Assembly: GCA_963827655.1 (NCBI GenBank)
Contig: CAWHCF010000008.1
Span: forward strand, 160,001 to 224,000
Direction of reading: 5' to 3'
From: an uncultured Acidobacteriota bacterium
GTDB lineage: Bacteria > Acidobacteriota > UBA6911
DNA: 64,000 bases
Below, in pieces: positions 34,392 to 44,669 of this stretch. Under the pieces are notes generated by a model. The model had not been told where the DNA came from and searched no databases. It saw nothing but the letters and a program-made list of their open reading frames with translations. The position numbers and the translations under genes were made by a program. Positions within the stretch are counted from its first letter, which is position 1. Every line of letters starts with the position of its first letter.

Positions 34392-36008
34392 CTACCTGCC
34401 CGCCGAGAAGGATGCCCCGGTTTTACCCCTGGCAGTAGACCGGACTGGAGCCCGATCTTTTAGCAGCTTGTACTTCACGCCGTCGGCCAGTGCCAGGTAG
34501 CTGGCTTGCAGTATGTTCTCGGAGACTCCCACGGTTGTCCAACTTTCTTGGCCGTCGCTCTGCTGCACCAGCACGCGCACTCGCGCGCCAGTTCCCTGGC
34601 TGGCGTCAAGCACACGGACTTTGTAGTCTGTCAGCTGCACGTGCCGCAGCGGTTCGAAGAACTGGTGCAGCGCGTTGTGGAGAGCTCGATCGAGCGCATG
34701 GACCGGACCGTCCCCTTCCGCTACCGTGTGGACTACCCTGTCACCCAGACGGATCTTAACCGTGGCCTCTGACGTGATCTCGCCATCCCGGCGCATCTCC
34801 GTCACCACGCGGAAGTTTTCTATCGCAAAGAACTCCTGCTCTCCGTGGATAGCGGTTTCGAGCAGAACACGAAGCGAAGCTTCGGCTGCTTCAAATTCAT
34901 ATCCCTCATTCTCGAGTTTCTTGAGTTGTTGTAAGGCCAGCCTAAGATCGGTGTCGTCGTCACCGATTTGCATTCCCATTTCCCGCGCCTTGTAGATCAG
35001 ATTGCTCTTGCCCGAGAGCTCAGAAACCAACACCCGCCGGGCATTTCCCACCAGCTCTGGAGATATGTGTTCGTAGGTAGCGGTGTCCTTCATTACCGCG
35101 CTCACATGGATGCCTCCCTTGTGGGCGAAGGCGCTGTCGCCGACAAAGGGTAAATCTTTTCGGTGGGGAAGGTTGGCGATCTGGCTGATGAATTTTGAAG
35201 TGCTGGCTAGAGTCGGCAGACGGTCCCGGCCTATCGAGGTGTATCCCATCTTTAACTCGAGATTAGGAATGACGGAGCAGAGATTTGCGTTGCCGCATCG
35301 TTCGCCATAGCCGTTCATGGTTCCCTGGACCTGCACAACGCCACTCTCAACCGCTGCCAGACTGTTGGCCACGGCGAGCTCCCCGTCATTGTGAGCATGG
35401 ATACCCAGCGGGAGAGTCACTACTTCCCGGGCTTGCCGGACGCCGTTGCGGATGTGGGACGTCAGGCTGCCTCCGTTCGTGTCGCACAGAACGATTGTAT
35501 CTGCTCCGCCTGCGGCAGCGGCCTGAATGGTAGCCAGTGCGTAATCTGAGTTCGCGGCAAGCCCATCGAAAAAGTGTTCGGCGTCGTAGATCACCTCGCG
35601 CCCCTGCGATTTCATATAGGCTACCGAGTCGCGGATCAAAGCGAGATTCTTGTCGAGCGGGATCTTGAGGGCTGCGGTTACATGAAGATCCCACGATTTT
35701 CCAAAAATAGTGACGGTTGGTGTTGAAGCTTCCAATAGCGCCTTCAGATTGGAATCATGGTGCGGAAGGTTTCTAGGATGGGCCGTACTTCCGAACGCAG
35801 CGAGCCGGGCGGTATGCCAGGTCAGCGAAGAGGCGCGGCGGAAGAATTCCGCATCCTTGTCATTGGAACCGGGCCAGCCGCCTTCGATGTAGCTGACTCC
35901 GACCTGGTCCAGTTCTCTCGCCACGCGAATCTTGTCTTCAACCGAAAATGCCACGCTTTCGCTCTGGGTGCCGTCTCGAAGGGTTGTGTCGTAGATCTGG
36001 ATTCTCAT
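34392..36008 (-). CDS. cimA: Citramalate synthase
   Basis: DTTLRDGTQ, IEGGWPGSN, IFGKSW, YDAEHFFDG, HKGGIH, SELSGKSN; C-terminal LeuA-type regulatory domain. Confidence 0.92.
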   Translation of the reverse strand: MRIQIYDTTLRDGTQSESVAFSVEDKIRVARELDQVGVSYIEGGWPGSNDKDAEFFRRASSLTWHTARLAAFGSTAHPRNLPHHDSNLKALLEASTPTVTIFGKSWDLHVTAALKIPLDKNLALIRDSVAYMKSQGREVIYDAEHFFDGLAANSDYALATIQAAAAGGADTIVLCDTNGGSLTSHIRNGVRQAREVVTLPLGIHAHNDGELAVANSLAAVESGVVQVQGTMNGYGERCGNANLCSVIPNLELKMGYTSIGRDRLPTLASTSKFISQIANLPHRKDLPFVGDSAFAHKGGIHVSAVMKDTATYEHISPELVGNARRVLVSELSGKSNLIYKAREMGMQIGDDDTDLRLALQQLKKLENEGYEFEAAEASLRVLLETAIHGEQEFFAIENFRVVTEMRRDGEITSEATVKIRLGDRVVHTVAEGDGPVHALDRALHNALHQFFEPLRHVQLTDYKVRVLDASQGTGARVRVLVQQSDGQESWTTVGVSENILQASYLALADGVKYKLLKDRAPVRSTARGKTGASFSAGR

Positions 36009-36028
36009 TTACGTCTCCGCTTGAATGC

Positions 36029-36068
36029 AAAAACAAAAAGGCCCTCACCCGCCTGGCGGATGAGGGCC
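36029..36068 (-). terminator. Attenuator terminator upstream of cimA
   Basis: Minus-strand RNA GGCCCUCAUCCGC-CAG-GCGGGUGAGGGCC followed by UUUUUGUUUUU. Confidence 0.85.
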
Positions 36069-36093
36069 CGATGCTGCCGCAAAGTACGGACCT

Positions 36094-36156
36094 CTATCCG
36101 CCGGGGGAAGGCCCCCGGATAATAATGGCGATGATTCCAACAATCAGACTGGTCAT
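36094..36156 (-). CDS. Ile-rich leader peptide MTSLIVGIIAIIIRGPSPGG (cimA attenuator)
   Basis: 20-codon ORF from ATG 36156 to TAG 36094 with 6 Ile codons, directly upstream of the terminator hairpin. Confidence 0.85.
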   Translation of the reverse strand: MTSLIVGIIAIIIRGPSPGG

Positions 36157-36657
36157 GTCGTTTGACTCGAAAACAAGCTCACGCGCGATCAGTTGAGGAT
36201 GGCACAGTCGCCAGTTTTTGTAAATACTTTAATCTGTCGGGTTCCGGTCCGTCTCACGACCAAGGTGCAGTTTCTCCTTGGATTGTGAAGAAGCGGTTGA
36301 ATCGCCCGAGATCTTTCTGCGAAGCTACGGCCTTGATCAATCGAGCCTTGAAACTACGAGTGGGTTCCGGTCGGATGGCGAACCTCAATTTGAATTCCTT
36401 GATGTGAACAAGATCCGGTGCCCTCTGGTCAACCAGTGCTGCGAGTGTGCTTGTTCGTCCTTTTGGGCGGAAATGATCATCGTGCAGGGATCATTACACG
36501 ACCTGGCTCTGAATCAGAGCTTCTCGAGAGGCTCGTATGTCCGCAGGGCGTCTGGCACGAAACAGGGTGGGGAATCGCCGGAGGGCGGTAACATCTTCGA
36601 GGTTACCATGCGGCGGCGCGGCGCCAGAAAATGAGCCTTTCTTGATGAGGGGAAACT

Positions 36658-37179
36658 ATGGCTGTGTTTGACTCCAAGGATCTTCGGCTCGCCTGTGGCC
36701 ATTTTCTAACGGGGATCACAATCGTAACCGTCCGCTCCGCAGACGGCGTTCCTCACGGAGTCACGGTAAACTCCTTTACCTCCGTCTCGCTCGATCCACC
36801 ACTGGTGCTCGTCTGCCTGGACAACCGCCTGGGTTCCTATCATGCATTCCGGATGGGGTGTGCCTTTGCAGTTCATATTCTCGCCGATCACCAGGTGGAG
36901 CTATCGCATCGTTTTGCGCAACGCGGCACTGATAAATTCGCCGGCTTGAGATGGGACGAAGGACTGGACGGTGTACCGATTCTTGCCGACTACCTGGCGC
37001 TCTTCGAGTGCCGAGTGGTTGACACACATGGCAGCGGTGATCACACCATATTCATCGGTCAGGTTGAGCGAATCGAGATAAAGGCGGACAGGCGCCTGCC
37101 CTTGGGCTTTTTTCGTGGGAACTATATCAAGGTGCAGGAAGCCCGCCTCGGCGAAACCACCCGGGAGCCGGAACTCTGA
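36658..37179 (+). CDS. Flavin reductase (DIM6/NTAB family)
   Basis: FLTGITIVT, TVNSFTSVSLDPPLV, GDHTIFIG. Confidence 0.93.
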   Translation: MAVFDSKDLRLACGHFLTGITIVTVRSADGVPHGVTVNSFTSVSLDPPLVLVCLDNRLGSYHAFRMGCAFAVHILADHQVELSHRFAQRGTDKFAGLRWDEGLDGVPILADYLALFECRVVDTHGSGDHTIFIGQVERIEIKADRRLPLGFFRGNYIKVQEARLGETTREPEL

Positions 37180-37407
37180 AGGCAGCCAGCTAATGTGTCT
37201 CCATCCGAACCTTAGACCCGTTGACCATTGACATAAACGACTTGCTGATGGTCAATGATGAATTGACGGGATTGCCTCCCCTCGGATTGGTACCAATCCG
37301 AAGATTGCGAAAACCAGGAACTCCAGCGTCGCGCAAGTGAGCTGATCTCACGCGGTTACGCCGGCCCGCGAGCGTGGGCGCGTCCCGGCAACTCGCTTTT
37401 CCAACGC

Positions 37408-39948
37408 TCATTCGTAACGCAGCGCGACCATCGGATCGACCCGTGACGCCCGGCGTGCGGGGATGTACCCCGCCAGCGCCGAGACCAGAATCATCACCAC
37501 CATCGCCACCGCCATCGTGGCCAGGTCAGTCGGCGCGAGGCCGAAGAGAAGCGTGGCGACGAAACCGGCGCCGGAGAAGGCCATCGCGAGGCCGGCCACC
37601 ACGCCGATCGCGACGAGCAGCATCGATTCGCGCATGATGAGACTCAGCACGTCCTGGCGCTGGGCGCCCAACGCCATGCGGATCCCGATCTCGTTCGTCC
37701 GGCGCGAGACGTTGTATGACATCAACCCGAACAGCCCGATCGCTGCCAGCAGCAGCGCGATGCCGCCGAAGAGCGTATACGCCTGCGCAAAGACCTTTTC
37801 CTGGAGGAAGCGGCGCTCGATCTGCTCGATCTGCGTCGAGACGTCCATCATCGGCAGGTTTGGGTCGATCTGCCGGACTGCCTCGCGGATCGCGCCGGTT
37901 ACGACCACGGGCGCGCCGGCGGTCCGGATCGCGAACACCGCGTTGCCAAGCCGCGTCTGCAGGTAGGGTACGTACATCGTCGTCGGCGCGGCGTCGCGGA
38001 CGCTGTCGTACTTCGCGTCGCGAAGGACTCCGACGATTTCGAGCTCGCCACTCGTCTCCTGGCTCGAACCGAACCGCCGGCCGATCGGGTTCTCGTTCGG
38101 GAAGTACCTTCGCGCCGCAGCCTCGTTGATGACGACGACCTTGGGGGCCGTCTCGTGATCGCGTTCCGTGAAGCCGCGGCCGAGCACCACCGGGATGCCC
38201 ATGACATCGAAGAAGTTCGGCGAGACGACCAGACGGTTGATGCTGTCGCGCTGCGAGTTGTCGGCCGGGTAGACGCGTCCCTGGACGAAAATGCTCGTCG
38301 AGTTTACGCTGCCCGAGAGGAGCGCCGGCTGCGACATCGCGGCGGCCCGGACGCCGGACACGTGTCCCAGCCGCTCGATCATGTCGCGGTACAAGGCCGG
38401 CATCCGCTTCTCGTCGTAGCGGTTCAGCTGGGGATTGACGCGAAACAGCAGCAGGTTCTGCGGGTTGAATCCAACGTCGACGCGGCGCAGGTTATGCAGC
38501 GTGCGAAGAAAGAGTCCCGCGCCGACGAGCAGGACAAGCGAGATGGCTACCTGCGCGATCAGGAGCGTCTTGCCGAGCATGCTGCGGGATCCGACGACGG
38601 TTCGGCTGGTTTCCTTCAGGGCCGAGCTGAGGTTGATGCTGGTGCCGCGAAGCGCCGGGGCGATACCGAAAAGGACTCCGGTTCCGCCGGTCACGACCAG
38701 AACGAAGGCCAGAATCCGCCAGTCGAGCGTCGTCATCTGGCCCGGCGCGCCGGGCAGCAGCAGCTTACCCCAGTACCCGACCATGATCCCCAGTGCGCCG
38801 CCGATCGCGGCGAGAACAAGGCTCTCGGTCAGGAGTTGCCGGATCAGCCTCCCGCGGGTGGCGCCGAGCGACAGCCGCACGGAAAGCTCCTTCTGACGCG
38901 TGGTCGCCCGCGAGAGCAGCAGATTCGCCACGTTGGCGCAGACGATCAGCAGCACCAGGGCGACGACAACACTCAGGATCGTGACCGCGCGCAGGTCGTT
39001 CGTGTTCACGTCGTATACGCCGTGCCGCGCCGGCTCGACTCGCAGACGTGGCACTTCAGTGCGGGCGCGATTGGCCGCAGTGCCGCGATCTTGCTCCGAA
39101 AGGGATTTCAGGTACGAATCGAGCCCGGCGCGTGCGGTATGCTGGAAGACCGTCTCGAACGAGGCCTGCACCTGGGCGGCCGTGACCCCGGGCTTCAGCC
39201 GGCCCATGACCTGCAGCCACCAGTAGGTCGGCTGGCTCAGTCTGGGAGGCCCGCTGCCCGTGCCCGTGCTGAGCTGCGGATCGAGCGCGAGCGGCAACGA
39301 GATGTCCGGCGGCTCACCGACGGGCTGCTGAATGCCGGTGAACTGCGGGACGATCACCCCTACGATGGTGACCGGGATGTTGTTAACGCGCACGGTCTTG
39401 CCGACGACGGCCGGATCGGTCGCGAAGCGCGAGTGCCAGTACTTGGAGCTGATCACGGCAACCGGCGGCGCCGTAGGTGTGTCGTCCTCAGGGAGGATCG
39501 TGCGCCCGAGCCGCGCGCCGACGGAAAGCACGCGGAAGTAGTTGCCCGAGGAGATGAATGCCGTCGCAATCTCCGCCTGGCCGTCCACCACGACGTTGAC
39601 CCGGCCGAACGGCGCGCATGCGAACAGATCGTTCATGGTCTGGTTGTCGGCCACGAACTGCTGGAACATCGGATACGAAAACGTGGAGCGCACATTCTGG
39701 CCGCCCGGACCTCTGGTCGGGAATCCGTAGTCGCTCGAGCTGGTGACCATGTCGTTGCGACCCGTATACCTGAACCGCACGAGCGTGTGCGGGTCCTTGA
39801 CCGGGATGTCGGTCAGCAGCAGCCCGTTGATCGCGCTGAACAGTGCCGTGTTCGCGCCGATGCCGAGCGCCAGCGAGAGGACGATCACGGTAGTCCAGCC
39901 TTTTGCCTGCCACAGAATCCGGAGGGCGTACCGCAGATCTTTGGTCAT
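37408..39948 (-). CDS. ADOP-type duplicated ABC permease (MacB/FtsX-like)
   Basis: DLRYALR, LALGIGANTALFS, ACANVANLLL-like motif, RRTNEIGIRMALGA, ARRASRVDPMVALRYE. Confidence 0.93.
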   Translation of the reverse strand: MTKDLRYALRILWQAKGWTTVIVLSLALGIGANTALFSAINGLLLTDIPVKDPHTLVRFRYTGRNDMVTSSSDYGFPTRGPGGQNVRSTFSYPMFQQFVADNQTMNDLFACAPFGRVNVVVDGQAEIATAFISSGNYFRVLSVGARLGRTILPEDDTPTAPPVAVISSKYWHSRFATDPAVVGKTVRVNNIPVTIVGVIVPQFTGIQQPVGEPPDISLPLALDPQLSTGTGSGPPRLSQPTYWWLQVMGRLKPGVTAAQVQASFETVFQHTARAGLDSYLKSLSEQDRGTAANRARTEVPRLRVEPARHGVYDVNTNDLRAVTILSVVVALVLLIVCANVANLLLSRATTRQKELSVRLSLGATRGRLIRQLLTESLVLAAIGGALGIMVGYWGKLLLPGAPGQMTTLDWRILAFVLVVTGGTGVLFGIAPALRGTSINLSSALKETSRTVVGSRSMLGKTLLIAQVAISLVLLVGAGLFLRTLHNLRRVDVGFNPQNLLLFRVNPQLNRYDEKRMPALYRDMIERLGHVSGVRAAAMSQPALLSGSVNSTSIFVQGRVYPADNSQRDSINRLVVSPNFFDVMGIPVVLGRGFTERDHETAPKVVVINEAAARRYFPNENPIGRRFGSSQETSGELEIVGVLRDAKYDSVRDAAPTTMYVPYLQTRLGNAVFAIRTAGAPVVVTGAIREAVRQIDPNLPMMDVSTQIEQIERRFLQEKVFAQAYTLFGGIALLLAAIGLFGLMSYNVSRRTNEIGIRMALGAQRQDVLSLIMRESMLLVAIGVVAGLAMAFSGAGFVATLLFGLAPTDLATMAVAMVVMILVSALAGYIPARRASRVDPMVALRYE

Positions 39949-40271
39949 GAAGTTCTGAACGGTGAGTTATGAGTCATGGGCGCCGGAGCCAAGGCGAAGC
40001 TCCGGAGACCAGAGCCGGGTACCTCACACTAACAGACAATAGACGTCTGACTGTCCCTTTTGGTTTGAAATCGGCAGTGCAGCGGGATCAGATCGGTAAG
40101 TCGACACGATGGCTCCTGTCAGAAGCTGAAAGGGACTGACCGCAGGAGAACCGTGGATCCAAAACACAGTTCCTTTCGACTATCCGCCGTAAAGAAGTAG
40201 CGGGCTGCTCGCCTCTGAACTCCATCTTGTTCGGCCCTCGATGCATTGAGAGAGAACGCTTGGAGGATAAC

Positions 40272-40543
40272 GTGATGCCGGCCTCCAACGACCAATCTCT
40301 GCTGAAGAAACGACTCGGCGATTTCGAGATCGTCCGTGAGATCGGTCGCGGCGCACCAGGGGCAGGCGAGCTTCCTCATCGGACTGGCCCGGCTGGCCGA
40401 CGGGGAACCGGGAGGAGGCACGCAGACAGTTCGAGGCGGCGGCCATGGGCTTCATCTGCGCGGACTTCCACTGGTGGAGCCGGGCGTACCTGGCCCGCAT
40501 GAAGCAGGACCGCGACTGGCCGCGGTGGATTCCGGCGAAATAG
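40272..40543 (+). pseudogene. Internally deleted Ser/Thr kinase remnant
   Basis: GGAGGA RBS, then ..LGDFEIVREIGRG (kinase subdomain I, truncated). It abuts a helical/TPR-like C-terminus ending WWSRAYLARMKQDRDWPRWIPAK* in another frame. Confidence 0.6.
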
Positions 40544-40547
40544 TGAA

Positions 40548-41612
40548 TTACGCACTATCCTGCCCTCGTTCACGGACCAGCGCTGACAGAAATTGCACAG
40601 CCCGACATTCGCCCCAGTAACCGTCCTGGTCTGTCCGGGTTGCGGGGCGAAGTCCCAAAAAACCAGTGTGGCCGCCATACTCGGTGGCGACCAGTCTCAG
40701 AAAGGGGTTTTCTTCGATCTTGGCATCGCGAAAGGACTGGAACGGAATCATGGGATCGTCTTTGGACTGGATCAACAGAGTCGGTACACGGATGTTCTTC
40801 AGCAAAGGCGCCGAACTCGCGATCCGGTAGTAGTTATCGGCTGTGCCAAAGCCGAAATGGGGAGCCGTGACGACGTCGTCAAATTCGTAGATGGTCTGAA
40901 CGCGCTCCAACTTGTTCAGGTCGGCGATTTCTGGAAAGAGCGCCGCCTTTCGTCTTATTCGCTCTTTCAGACGCCGGACGAAGTACCTCTGATAGAACCA
41001 GTTCTGCGGTTCGAGCATCTTCAATGCGCACAGCCGCAGATCAATCGGCGGGCTCAGTACGGCGATTCCACGGACGTAATCGGAAGCTTCGGGTCCCTGT
41101 TCGCCCAGGAATTTCAGAAGGATGTTGGCGCCGAGAGAGACGCCGGCGCCGTAGATCTCCGTCAGCCCGATTCTTTCTTGCAGATGGCGCACAATCATGA
41201 TGACGTCCTGAGAAAGCCCGGCGCAATACAGTGTCGGAGTCAGGTGCTCCGTGCCTCCGCAATTGCGCGTGTTGATTCTCAAGGTGTGAAATCCCTTGTG
41301 AAACGCCTTCTTGCTCAGACCGATCACGTAGTGGGATTGCGCGCTGCCCTCCAGGCCATGGAGCAGGAAAAGAGCCGGCGAATCCGATCGTCGGCCGGGC
41401 TGCCATGATGCTTCGGCCCTCAGTTTGCCGTCGCTGCCCAGGTCAATCTCCAGCGTTTCCCATTTCTCCCAACCGAAACCCCAGCGGCGCGGCTTGCGGG
41501 CGGCGATTACGGTCTGCAGATGCCCATTCCTCAACCATCGGGCAGGTCGAAACGGAGGAAATTCGAGGCTGAGACCAGCTGGTTTTTGTATGATTTGTGG
41601 CTTGTTCTTCAT
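40548..41612 (-). CDS. YheT-family alpha/beta hydrolase
   Basis: NGHLQT, HGLEGS, GVSLG nucleophile elbow, DDP, GGHTGF. Confidence 0.92.
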   Translation of the reverse strand: MKNKPQIIQKPAGLSLEFPPFRPARWLRNGHLQTVIAARKPRRWGFGWEKWETLEIDLGSDGKLRAEASWQPGRRSDSPALFLLHGLEGSAQSHYVIGLSKKAFHKGFHTLRINTRNCGGTEHLTPTLYCAGLSQDVIMIVRHLQERIGLTEIYGAGVSLGANILLKFLGEQGPEASDYVRGIAVLSPPIDLRLCALKMLEPQNWFYQRYFVRRLKERIRRKAALFPEIADLNKLERVQTIYEFDDVVTAPHFGFGTADNYYRIASSAPLLKNIRVPTLLIQSKDDPMIPFQSFRDAKIEENPFLRLVATEYGGHTGFLGLRPATRTDQDGYWGECRAVQFLSALVRERGQDSA

Positions 41613-41656
41613 GCTCTTACCGCGGAGACTCCAAGGCGATAGGGTATAATTCGGAA

Positions 41657-42307
41657 ATGCCAGACCCGAAGCCTGTTCGCCCATCTTTCGTGATTGTCGT
41701 CGGAGGACACTCCCGTAATATCGGCAAGACCTCTGTGGCAGCAGCTTTGATCGCGGCGTTCCCCCAGCTCGGCTGGACTGCCATGAAGATCACCCAGTTC
41801 GGGCACGGAATCTGTTCGGCTAGCGGCCGCGAGTGCGGCTGCGCCATCGACGAACACGCGTATGCAATCATGGAAGAGCGCAATCGGGAAGGGCGAACCG
41901 ATACCTCGCGCTTCCTGGTCTCAGGCGCTCGACGCTCTTTTTGGGTGCGCACGAAGCAGGGGCGATTGGCGCTGGCAATGCCAGAACTGGAGACTTTTTT
42001 CCGCACCGATCCTTTCGTAATAATCGAGAGTAACAGCATCCTCCGTTTTCTGATTCCCGACGTCTATATGGTGGTCCTGAAACCGGAGGTTGATGATTTC
42101 AAGCAGAGCGCACGAGAGTTTCTAGGGAAGGCGGACGCGGCGGTTGTAGTGGAATCGAAGCGCTCTCTTCCGTCCTGGGAATGCGTGCCGGCCGCGCAAT
42201 TGAACAGGCTTCCCATGTTCCAGGTAGCCCCCCCGGAATTCTTTTCGCAAGAACTGAAAGATTTTGTCGGATCACGCCTCAAAACGGTCCTGACTGGTCT
42301 GCCATGA
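41657..42307 (+). CDS. MobB-like P-loop protein of unknown function
   Basis: VVGGHSRNIGKT Walker A, a CSASGRECGC cluster and IIESNS. Confidence 0.65.
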   Translation: MPDPKPVRPSFVIVVGGHSRNIGKTSVAAALIAAFPQLGWTAMKITQFGHGICSASGRECGCAIDEHAYAIMEERNREGRTDTSRFLVSGARRSFWVRTKQGRLALAMPELETFFRTDPFVIIESNSILRFLIPDVYMVVLKPEVDDFKQSAREFLGKADAAVVVESKRSLPSWECVPAAQLNRLPMFQVAPPEFFSQELKDFVGSRLKTVLTGLP

Positions 42308-42362
42308 ATCGAGTTTCCAAGAACGGGTAGCGTCTTAGGGTTCTGCGCGAGCCCCAGGGCCG

Positions 42363-42806
42363 TTATGGTACTTCTGACTGGGTCTTGACCGGGCTGGTTC
42401 GCGGTTGTCTCTTCGCAACATTGCTTTTCACAAAATCAACAATCTCGTCGAGCGAGCTACCCGGAGGAAAAATCTCCGAGACGCCGAGCTCCTTCAACTT
42501 CGCGATGTCGGGGTCCGGAATAATTCCCCCGCCAAAGACAAGAACGTCATCCAGCCCCTTCTGCCTTACCAGGTCCATGATTCGAGGGAAAAGGTGCATG
42601 TGAGCTCCGGAAAGAATCGAAAGCCCGATGGCGTCCACATCTTCCTGGAGCGCAGCGTTGACAATCTGCTCCGGAGTCTGGCGCAGGCCTGTGTAGATGA
42701 CCTCCATCCCGGCATCTCGCAGGGCGCGAGCAATGACTTTGGCCCCCCTGTCGTGACCATCCAAACCCGGCTTGGCAACCAGCACGCGAATCTTCATTTC
42801 AGCCAC
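42363..42806 (-). CDS. Acyl-CoA mutase small (cobalamin-binding) subunit
   Basis: [10 protein letters not shown] (DxHxxG), [15 protein letters not shown]. Confidence 0.95.
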   Translation of the reverse strand: MAEMKIRVLVAKPGLDGHDRGAKVIARALRDAGMEVIYTGLRQTPEQIVNAALQEDVDAIGLSILSGAHMHLFPRIMDLVRQKGLDDVLVFGGGIIPDPDIAKLKELGVSEIFPPGSSLDEIVDFVKSNVAKRQPRTSPVKTQSEVP

Positions 42807-42811
42807 GGCCT

Positions 42812-44437
42812 TTAATCAAACAGAGGTTCGCGGTATTCGCCGAAGACTTCCCGGAGAGCATCGCACGTCTCACCAAGGGTGGCATAGGCTCGAACGCACT
42901 CCAGAATCGGCGGTAAGAGGTTGCCGGTCCCCTCCGCGGCTCTCTTCAGATCCGTCAGGCTCCGATCCACACGCTGGTTGTTTCTTTCTGAGCGAAGTGC
43001 CCGGAGTTTGGCAGCCTGTCGCTCATGTGCCGAATCGTCGATTACCAGGACATCGACAGGACCCGGGTCTTCGACGACAAATTCGTTCACGCCTACAATT
43101 ATTTTTTCCTTGCGGTCGACTGCCCGGGCGAACTGATAAGACGCGTTTTGGATTTCACGTTGCGGGTAGCCGCGTTCAATCGCCGCTACCATCCCGCCCA
43201 TCGCATCGATCCGGGCGAAGTATTCCAGGCAGGCTTCTTCCAACTGGTTCGTCATCGATTCGACAAAGTACGAACCGGCCAGAGGATCCACCGTGTTGGG
43301 AACGCCGCTTTCGTGAGCGATGATCTGTTGAGTTCGCAGCGCCAGAGTCACGGCTTTCTCTGTGGGCAAGCCCAGCGTCTCGTCAAGAGAGTTTGTGTGG
43401 AGCGATTGAGTTCCGCCGAGGACCGCCGCCATGGCCTGTAACGCAACACGCACGACATTGTTGTAGGGCTGCTGGGCCGTGAGAGAAACGCCGGCAGTCT
43501 GTGAATGAATCCGGCAGAGAAGCGATCGAGGGTCTTCGGCGTGAAATCGTTCCTTCATAACCCTCGCCCAGATCCGTCGCGCCGCGCGCAACTTGCCAAT
43601 CTCTTCGAAGAAGTCGTTGTGGATATCGAAGAAGAAACTCAGGCGGGGCGCAAAAGCATCCACGGCCAGCCCGGCTCGGAGGGCATGTTCGACGTATTCG
43701 ATGCCGTCCCGCAGCGTGAACGCGAGTTCCTGATCGGCAGTGGATCCTGCCTCCCGAATATGATAGCCGCTGATTGAAATCGTGTTCCAGCGCGTCACAT
43801 TGGCGCAAGCAAAGGCGAGGATGTCTGTAATGATGCGCATGGACGGGCGGGGAGGGTAGATGTAAGTCTTTTGCGCGATATACTCTTTGAGTATGTCGTT
43901 TTGTATCGTGCCCGAGAGGTCCTTCCACTCTACTCCCTGTTTCTCGGCGGTAACCAGGTACATGCTCCAGATGATTGCCGCGGGAGCATTGGTGGTCATC
44001 GAGGTGGTTACCTGATCGAGCCTGATGCCATCGAAAAGGGCTTCCATGTCGGCTAGAGAATCGATGGCCACCCCGCAGCGTCCCACCTCGCCGTACGAAA
44101 GCGGGTTATCCGAGTCATACCCAAAGAGGGTAGGGTAGTCGAAGGCTACCGAGAGGCCCGTCTGGCCGTGTTCGAGAAGATACTTAAAGCGAAGGTTCGT
44201 GTCTTCAGGCGTGCCAAATCCGGCGAATTGCCGCATCGTCCAAAGCCGGCCGCGGTACATGTTCTTGTACACACCGCGCGTAAACGGGTATTCGCCAGGC
44301 TGGCCGAGATCCCGGTGAGGAGCGAAACCCGACAGGTCTTCTTCGGTGTAGACTTCCTTAACCGGTCGACCGGAGACTGTGCTGAAAATCCGTTCTCGAG
44401 GTGGAGCAACAGTTGTGTGCGGATCGACGGCTTTCAT
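42812..44437 (-). CDS. Acyl-CoA mutase large subunit (MCM family, isobutyryl-CoA mutase-like residues)
   Basis: [48 protein letters not shown]. Confidence 0.93.
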   Translation of the reverse strand: MKAVDPHTTVAPPRERIFSTVSGRPVKEVYTEEDLSGFAPHRDLGQPGEYPFTRGVYKNMYRGRLWTMRQFAGFGTPEDTNLRFKYLLEHGQTGLSVAFDYPTLFGYDSDNPLSYGEVGRCGVAIDSLADMEALFDGIRLDQVTTSMTTNAPAAIIWSMYLVTAEKQGVEWKDLSGTIQNDILKEYIAQKTYIYPPRPSMRIITDILAFACANVTRWNTISISGYHIREAGSTADQELAFTLRDGIEYVEHALRAGLAVDAFAPRLSFFFDIHNDFFEEIGKLRAARRIWARVMKERFHAEDPRSLLCRIHSQTAGVSLTAQQPYNNVVRVALQAMAAVLGGTQSLHTNSLDETLGLPTEKAVTLALRTQQIIAHESGVPNTVDPLAGSYFVESMTNQLEEACLEYFARIDAMGGMVAAIERGYPQREIQNASYQFARAVDRKEKIIVGVNEFVVEDPGPVDVLVIDDSAHERQAAKLRALRSERNNQRVDRSLTDLKRAAEGTGNLLPPILECVRAYATLGETCDALREVFGEYREPLFD

Positions 44438-44669
44438 GGGAACCCTTTGCTAAATGGGCAATATAGCGCACTCTTCTGGATTTTCAAAGGGAACCCCCGG
44501 ATAGGCGGGTCATCTGGAGAAATAGCCCACGGTGTCCTGTGAAGCTAATGAGAGATACCGGGATTTCTTCCCAGCGGATAACGTGGGTTATCCCTTGCGA
44601 CGGATTCTAGCGGTTTTGTGGTCAGGACCGGACCGGGGTCGTTGACGCGCATGCAACGGCGCTGGTCCT

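Noticed and set aside
36278-36634. 118-aa Cys-containing ORF between the cimA leader and the flavin reductase
   Set aside because: TTG start without an RBS and no recognisable motif; cannot be supported.
38155-39972. 605-aa plus-strand ORF
   Set aside because: Antisense shadow of the GC3-rich ADOP gene; no recognisable domain.
44438-44669. Possible cobalamin riboswitch upstream of the mutase
   Set aside because: No B12-box or conserved core motifs are visible on the minus strand; only small hairpins and a sigma70-like promoter.
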